From Asterias amurensis (Eukaryota), in the NCBI RefSeq assembly GCF_032118995.1, contig NC_092652.1, positions 15,752,336 to 15,816,335 of the forward strand: a DNA stretch of 64,000 nucleotides, in the 5' to 3' direction. The translations under genes were made by a program, and so were the position numbers. A model generated the notes under the pieces. It was given only the letters and a program-made list of their open reading frames with translations. It made no database searches and was not told the DNA's origin. Shown piece after piece: positions 58,057 through 64,000 of this stretch; the first letter of the stretch is position 1; the number at the start of each line of letters is the position of its first letter.

Positions 58057-58569
58057 GTAAGTGAAACAAAATGTAACGAGCATTCGGTGCATGACGTTGG
58101 CCCAATTTTTTTAAATGGAGGTTTATTAAATGCACCCATGGATACTATAGGTTTTCTCAGCCAGTTTCGGAAAAAGAGCAGCCAATTCAACGGTCAAGCT
58201 ATTCTATTTCGCGCGAAAAAGGGTCATTCGATTTCGTTTTATGATTAGTCAAATGTAATGTTGCGTCATTCGATTTAACAAAATGATCATTCAATTTAAC
58301 ATTTCATCAAAGCAGCATTCACTTCACATTTGCAGTCGCTTCTTGAGCCGAGTGTGTCTCGAAAAAGAATGACGATACACTAAATTGAACATAGTGCTAA
58401 AGGAATTTGACTCGACTCAAAACGAAATTGAATGGCCGAATTCTGAATTTGAAACGCAGTAACAACTAGAGAGGCAAAACAGCTTTAATTCGAACGCATG
58501 AGAATGAAATTGGCTGAAGGCTCATTTGCCGAATTTTACCGGGAAAACCTATATAATTAGTAATTGCTC

Positions 58570-58878
58570 AAAATACATGGTAATGAGCAATGTAATTGGG
58601 AGCTGCTGGTAGTATAAAACATTGTGAGAAACGGCTCCCAACAAACACTTTTATAGTTGTTTCATATGGCCATATGAAATAACTATAATAGTGTTTGAGA
58701 AAGAAGTATAATTTCTCTCTAAAATAATTTGAATTGAAGTCGAGACCTCATTGAACTTGTGGGACAAGGGTGCTTCCTCGCAACTTCTACATCCAATCGA
58801 GTTTCAAATTTCCACAGGTTTATTTTGTTATGTAGATGTTAAGAAAACTGATACCAAAGGTGTCCAGTGCCTTTAAAG
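58570..58878 (-). mobile_element. MITE family A, diverged copy with internal insertion
   Basis: recognisable gagaaacggctccc and gtgtccagtgcctttaaagg terminus. Confidence 0.6.
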
Positions 58879-59172
58879 GCAAAAAGTACGAAGTGTCTTG
58901 TAAGAAGGTACGAAGTATCTTGTTTAGAAGGTACGACGTGTCCAAGGTATACGAACGGTGTCAAAAGTCACTCATATCTGTAATGAAAAATACTAAATAA
59001 ATTCAGAGCATTCCCAGAACCGCTCTTTTAAGATTGACATGTGATCCAGTTTGTACCATTCACACTGGCAACAATGACATTATCATTGTGCCATGTGATC
59101 CGATAATGGATCATGATGGTGTATATTGGACTGGCCGTCATCAGTGTGATCCGAATCCGAGATTAGGAACTT

Positions 59173-59560
59173 TAAAGGCAGTGGACACTATTGGCAATTA
59201 CTCAAAATAATTATTAGCATAAAACCTTTCTTGGTGACGAGTAATGGGGAGAGGTTGATGGTATAAAACATTGTGAGAAACGGCTCCCTCTGAAGTGCCA
59301 TAGTTTTCGAGAAAGAAGTAATTTTCCACGAATTTGATTTCGAGACCTCCGATTTAGAACTTGAGGTCTCGAAATCAACCATCTAAACGCACACAACTTC
59401 GTGTGACAAGGGTGTTTTTTTTCTTTCATTATTATCTCGCAAGTTCGATGACAGATTGAGCTCAAAATTTCACAGGTTTGTTATTTTATGCATATGTTGA
59501 GATACACCAACTGTGAATGCTAGTTTTTGACAAATACCAACAGTGTCCACTGCCTTTAAA
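59173..59560 (-). mobile_element. MITE family A full copy (between CTLD-A and CTLD-B exons)
   Basis: both TIRs. Confidence 0.85.
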
Positions 59561-59612
59561 TAGGGTACGACTAAATTGTTCTTATAAGCTTTAATTATCT
59601 GTTCATATACAG

Positions 59613-59833
59613 ATGCAGTTCCAAAATGTGACTCGGCAAATGGGTGGAAAAACTACAACGGTATGTGCTACAGACTCTTTACCTACAAAACAACATGGCA
59701 GACGGCTGAAAACGATTGCAAGCTGACACCAGGTGGACATCTAGCTTACGCCAAAACTGCTGACGACCAGGCGTTTTTAGACAACTTGCAATACAGTCAC
59801 GGATACGAGTACTGGCTTGGTCTATCTGATAAG
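59613..59833 (+). CDS. CTLD-B exon 1
   Basis: gttcatatacag| acceptor, aag|gtaact donor; CDSANGWKNYNGMCYRLFTYKTTWQTAENDCKL...AFLDNL..YWLGLSD. Confidence 0.75.
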
Positions 59834-60602
59834 GTAACTTCATTGACTTGTCGAGTTGCTGGCATGTACTGAGGCTCCGCCCAGTAATAAAGTGCTGAGC
59901 TACAAGCAATTTATTTTTGTACATGTTGCCTCAGTTTTTCAAGCTACATACTAAGTTATAAGTTAACATTTGAATTTAATAAGTCATTTGAAAATATAGG
60001 TTTTCTCGGTCAAATTCGGCAAATGAGCAGTCAATTTCATTTTCATGCGTTCGAATTAAAGCTGTTTTGCCTCTTCAGTTGTTAGTGCGTTTCAAATTCA
60101 GGAACCGGCCATTCAATTTCGTTTTGAATTGAGTCAAATTCCTTTAGCACTATGTTCAATTTAGCGTAGCGTCATTCTGTTTCGTGACACACACGCCTCA
60201 AGAAGCGTCTGCGAATTTGAATGCTGCTTTGATGAATTGTTAAATTGAATGATTATTTTGTCAATTCGAATGACGCAACATTACATTTGACTAATCCCAA
60301 AACGAAATCGAATGACCCTTTTGAGTAGCATTCGATTTTGCGCGAAATAGAATTGCTTGGTGGTTAAATTGGCTGCTCATTTTCCGAAATTGACCGAGAA
60401 AACCTATAATATCAGTTGTTTTGTCAGTAGTTTTGTCTTTTGAAAACAATTTAGGCCTGGTCAATATTTTGTTCTGTTATTTTTATCAACGTCGACAGAC
60501 AATTTTTCACAGGCATCGTTTTTTTTTAAAGTATTGATCATCCCAAAAGACATTTGCAGACAATTAAAAAAAAAATGTTTTAACTTACCATTTTTTTAAC
60601 AG

Positions 60603-60700
60603 AAAAGTAACAAACAGGGCGTTTATAAATGGAGTGACGATTCAGCATTTGACGCAACAAATGATTTCTCTAAATGGGACAAAAATCAACCTTCAAATCA
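60603..60700 (+). CDS. CTLD-B exon 2
   Basis: tttttttaacag| acceptor, ca|gtaagt donor; KWSDDSAFDATNDFSKWDKNQPSN. Confidence 0.65.
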
Positions 60701-61459
60701 GTAAGTATTTCGAAGATATCAAATTAATGATTAAAAGGTTCGGCTGATACTAGTTATAATTAAAGTTAATTAATATTTTGAACAATTATTTTCATAGACT
60801 CGAAAACGTTAAACGCTTTTATTTGAGGCTGGCCCACCTTATCGCACAACAAAACTCTACTTATAAACACTAAACTGGCGTAAGTGATATACTATTAGTT
60901 ATAAAATCACTAAAATTATGTAATGTCGGCAATCCTTCTTATCTCCATTCCTTAGCCGTTACAAAAAGTTGTTAAAGTTGCATACATTTTTATGCCGTGG
61001 TATTATGTAAAAGTTTATAGTTGTTTTTCAGTTTGAAAAGGCATTATCTGTTAAAACTTTTTAAGAGAACGAAAAGTTATTCAAGTTATTCAATTATACA
61101 AAACGGCCATGAATTTATGTTTGAATAATGACAGTTGATAATTATGTTTGGGTCCCTAAAAAGTTTAAAAAACGCCAAAGTCATTATCTCAAAGCGCGAA
61201 TCTTTTTGTTGAACCAAAATTGCTAATTTATTTTATTTTATTAATTTAATTATGACATTAGGCCTATACAACAGGGGAAATTCTGACCATGAAGGGTTTT
61301 TCCGCCTGATTAGAATAGTCACAGAATTCGCAAAGGGAGGGCTTACATGTTGTTTTCAAGTTTCTGTCTCTCCCTTTTCAATAATGAAACGGGTTTAACA
61401 ATTATTCTTTACCAAGTCGTAAGAAAATAACCCATGACTTTTAACTCACTACCGCATAG

Positions 61460-61563
61460 ATTCTATGGGAAGGAAGGCGACTGCGCTAGAGTCAAGACAA
61501 CCGGTTCTTGGTACACTCAAAAATGCACGGACAAGAGCAGATATGTGTGTGCTATTCCAGAAG
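61460..61563 (+). CDS. CTLD-B exon 3
   Basis: accgcatag| acceptor, g|gttagt donor; EGDCARVKTTGSWYTQKCTDKSRYVCA. Confidence 0.7.
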
Positions 61564-62056
61564 GTTAGTGGTAACTAAGTCGAGTTTAAACACCTATACA
61601 AAATAAGGTACAAATGGAGTCGTCTTTGTCTATATCTCTACAAATCAGATGAAATGCAATAAATAGGACCATAGACCCGATTTCAAAGAAGTGCTTCATT
61701 AGAAGAGGATACCATAGCTAACACAACCAAATAATGCCTATTTATAGGGACTAAGCCTAGTACACGAATGATTTCTACTGAGCCAATGTTAAATCTGAAA
61801 CTAGTATCATGTTTTATAAGTCAAGCTATAACCAACAAGGGAAACTGACTGGGTAAATTTGAAAACAAATACAATGAGTCTCAGAGAATTGAACCAACGA
61901 CACATTATGATTGCGCTCTCTACTACCAACTGTTGACCAAGTTGTTTAGTAAAATAGATTTGCCCTTCTTGTTCTTGTTTTTCAACATGATATAATCTAC
62001 CTTCAAGTTTTATTAAACGAAAACGTAGCCCAACGAATGTTTAATTTTGTTTGTAG

Positions 62057-62186
62057 GTGCATGCGCACAAGGTTGGCATTTCTTCAATGGACAATGCTAT
62101 CAAGTCAATTCCAATACACCAATGACGTGGACTGATGCCAAGGACTACTGTACACAGCAGTCTGCATATCTGACTACAATTAAAAC
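62057..62186 (+). CDS. CTLD-C exon 1 (gene continues beyond)
   Basis: ttgtttgtag| acceptor, ac|gtaagt donor; CAQGWHFFNGQCYQVNSNTPMTWTDAKDYCTQQSAYLTTIK; its entry phase matches the exit phase of CTLD-B, as for one tandem-CTLD gene. Confidence 0.7.
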
Positions 62187-62294
62187 GTAAGTAATGACGT
62201 ATCACTGACTCGGGGTTTGAGGCTATCAATCCTTCAGTGTACAGGGTTCAAGGTTCAAGGTTCATTTATCCACAGTATCAAAAACAAAAGGTAG

Positions 62295-62310
62295 GGTTAG
62301 GGTTAGGGTT
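62295..62310. repeat. Interstitial telomeric repeat (TTAGGG)~3
   Basis: ggttagggttagggtt; also ccctaaccctaa at 6251-6262. Confidence 0.7.
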
Positions 62311-63820
62311 TTATCAATAAAAAGAAATAATTATACATAAGCCCTTACGTTGCAAAAGTGACACTGCGGAGGGGTCCATTTTAGGAAAGCTTGGGCAATG
62401 GTCCCTTTTGACATGCATAATATTTTATGCATCGAAAGCTAAAAAATAATGGAAGCGAACCATGAAGGTCCGTGGTTGAGTCCAGCCACCAATCAAACAG
62501 AATTTGCAATAAATTATTTTAATTTATGGTTGACTACTAGTATTTTATCTTAAACGAACCGATCTGTTTGCAATCTGTTTACGCGATCTGTTTGCAATAA
62601 TTCCGTCACTTTTTGTGCTACAGCGTGTTCATACTTTGATCAAAATTCCCGCCATATAGGCCCAAGCGCGCAGCAGCTCGAAACGCGACGGGCTCATGAA
62701 AAAATCGGCCGTGAGAGGGCGGTATTGACCATCGCCGTATGTACTTCAGATACAATACAACAGCTATGAATTAGAGCAGCAGCTGTTGCTCAATTTTAAA
62801 CACGAAGATTGAGACTATCAAGGATGATTTTCACTATCTGCCAACATTGTCAAGTCTGTGTGGTTAATCAGTTCCAATCACTCTACAAACAAGTGGTGTA
62901 CGCTGTCAGTTCAAGCCTACAACTTTACAAGTCACGGGCGAGAATGGTGGTGGGAGCTCCCCGCAGCTGATAATGGCCAGAGCTAGTTAATGATGTGCGG
63001 CAAGAATAGAGTTCAGTGTGTGCGTGCGGCGTATGCAACCGTGGCTGGCTGGTCACCCTCTAAAAGTATTTGTACATTGGGTACGGTCAACTCGGTCCCA
63101 CGTAGAAATTGTTTGCTGGCTCAACTACATAATGAGATACAGATACAGAACTCGGTCCCAAGTCAACTCGGCCCTTCGACCAACCTTAATGTTTTTGAAA
63201 TTATTTTATTGGCTTCTCAGGCTACTGTTCTGTGTTCAGATATATTTACGTACGTGGGTTAATTGGAAAGATTTGTTTATTCTTATTATTTTTAACCAAA
63301 CATTAATTTCCTCATGTTTTAAGTTATTTATATTGTGGTGTTTTTGAGAAAATTTGTTGATAAAATAAACATCTGTTCTGTGTTCATGGAGGTAGCCTCC
63401 ATGATCTGTTACACTAGTTGCGATAATGTAACCTTTGCTAGTAACGCTGGAGTAATGGATGGAGGAAATGTACCAACATTACAACACAAGTCACCACATA
63501 ATGTGTTTTGTATCTACCTCAAAGTCGAACAAGTGTGTTCCCGTGATCGCAAAACTTCCCGCATCCTGCCACCTCGTTTTGACACATATTTATATTAATA
63601 CAAACAACAGCCTTGGCTTTGGAGTATCATATTTTTGAATTAATTAGATACTATTTTATTTCATTAATGAATAAAAAAGTGGCGGCAGGGTACGGACACT
63701 TTTCCACAACATCAAAGATTTTAAAATTGAAACTACGTAAATTGGAGAATACTAAAAGTTTGACCACCACCAAGCAAAAGGCTGTAGTTTTTAAGAAAGT
63801 GTGAATTACATGGGAGAACT

Positions 63821-63935
63821 AGCCCACCTTGTTGAGCTGCAAATGACTCTCTTTTAACATCGGCCCTATCACGACCGGGATAGGACCGATGCTAAAAGAG
63901 ATCCATTTACAGCTCACCAAGGTGGGCTAAGAAGA
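63821..63935. repeat. ~50-bp-stem hairpin
   Basis: tagcccaccttgttgagctgcaaatgactctcttttaacatcggccctatc / gataggaccgatgctaaaagagatccatttacagctcaccaaggtgggcta. Confidence 0.7.
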
Positions 63936-64000
63936 ACCATAGTCAGTTTATAAATAGAAATTTAGAGAAATATTGTAATATTGTAAGTATGAAGCCCAAA

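Noticed and set aside
59214-59465. 83-aa ORF (and similar 60-80-aa ORFs at 10056-10301, 3827-4080, 51925-52131, 40147-40341)
   Set aside because: All lie inside MITE family A copies and recur in both orientations with the same peptides (..HTKLCAFR.LISRPQVLNLRSRNQI.GKLLLSRK..). They are repeat-derived and have no coding signature.

Overview
This is eukaryotic (metazoan) genomic DNA, AT-rich and very dense in repeats, with spliced genes on the + strand.

**Host genes.** (1) A multi-exon vault-PARP (PARP4-like) gene runs from a TATA box and ATG at about 3584-3697 to a TAG stop at 39506-39508. The 28 exons listed below sum to 4161 nt including the stop codon, about 1386 codons, and splice phases are mutually consistent from exon 5 through exon 28. 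The encoded domains are a PARP regulatory helical region, a PARP catalytic domain (LLFHGSG, GSGIYFA, DDEFVVYE motifs), a VIT domain, a VWA domain with a DSSNS MIDAS motif, and a VWA5A/PARP4-type C-terminal region. (2) A tandem C-type-lectin-domain (CTLD) gene from 56615 to beyond 62186. It has three CTLD modules, and every exon junction recovered keeps splice phase consistent across modules.

**LTR retrotransposon.** The most striking feature is a young Ty3/gypsy-type element at 16016-23093 (7078 bp).
- Its 947-bp LTRs differ at about 3 positions, and it is flanked by a CTAT target-site duplication.
- It encodes Gag with a CCHC zinc knuckle, and a -1-frame Pol that contains only protease and integrase. 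No reverse transcriptase or RNase H motifs are visible in any forward frame of the internal region.
- A third intact ORF of 339 aa in the env position encodes a C2H2 zinc-finger protein.
- The element sits inside a copy of a 385-bp MITE, which itself lies in the PARP4 intron between the catalytic and VIT exons.

**Other mobile elements and repeats.**
- 14 copies of a TTAA-flanked MITE with about 55-bp terminal inverted repeats. Two copies abut PARP4 splice acceptors.
- A second MITE family, and a foldback-element family.
- A composite MITE carrying an internal array of about 18 palindromic 17-bp motifs.
- tRNA-derived SINEs, an RTE-like LINE tail, and a degenerate retroelement tail.
- Several satellite and minisatellite arrays, including a satellite family shared by two PARP4 introns.
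- A cluster of tandem repeats upstream of the PARP4 promoter.
- A large imperfect palindrome of about 4.3 kb (41840-46190) built from a 570-bp tandem unit.
- Several near-perfect hairpins that could be hairpin-RNA precursors or miniature transposons.
- Interstitial TTAGGG telomeric repeats.
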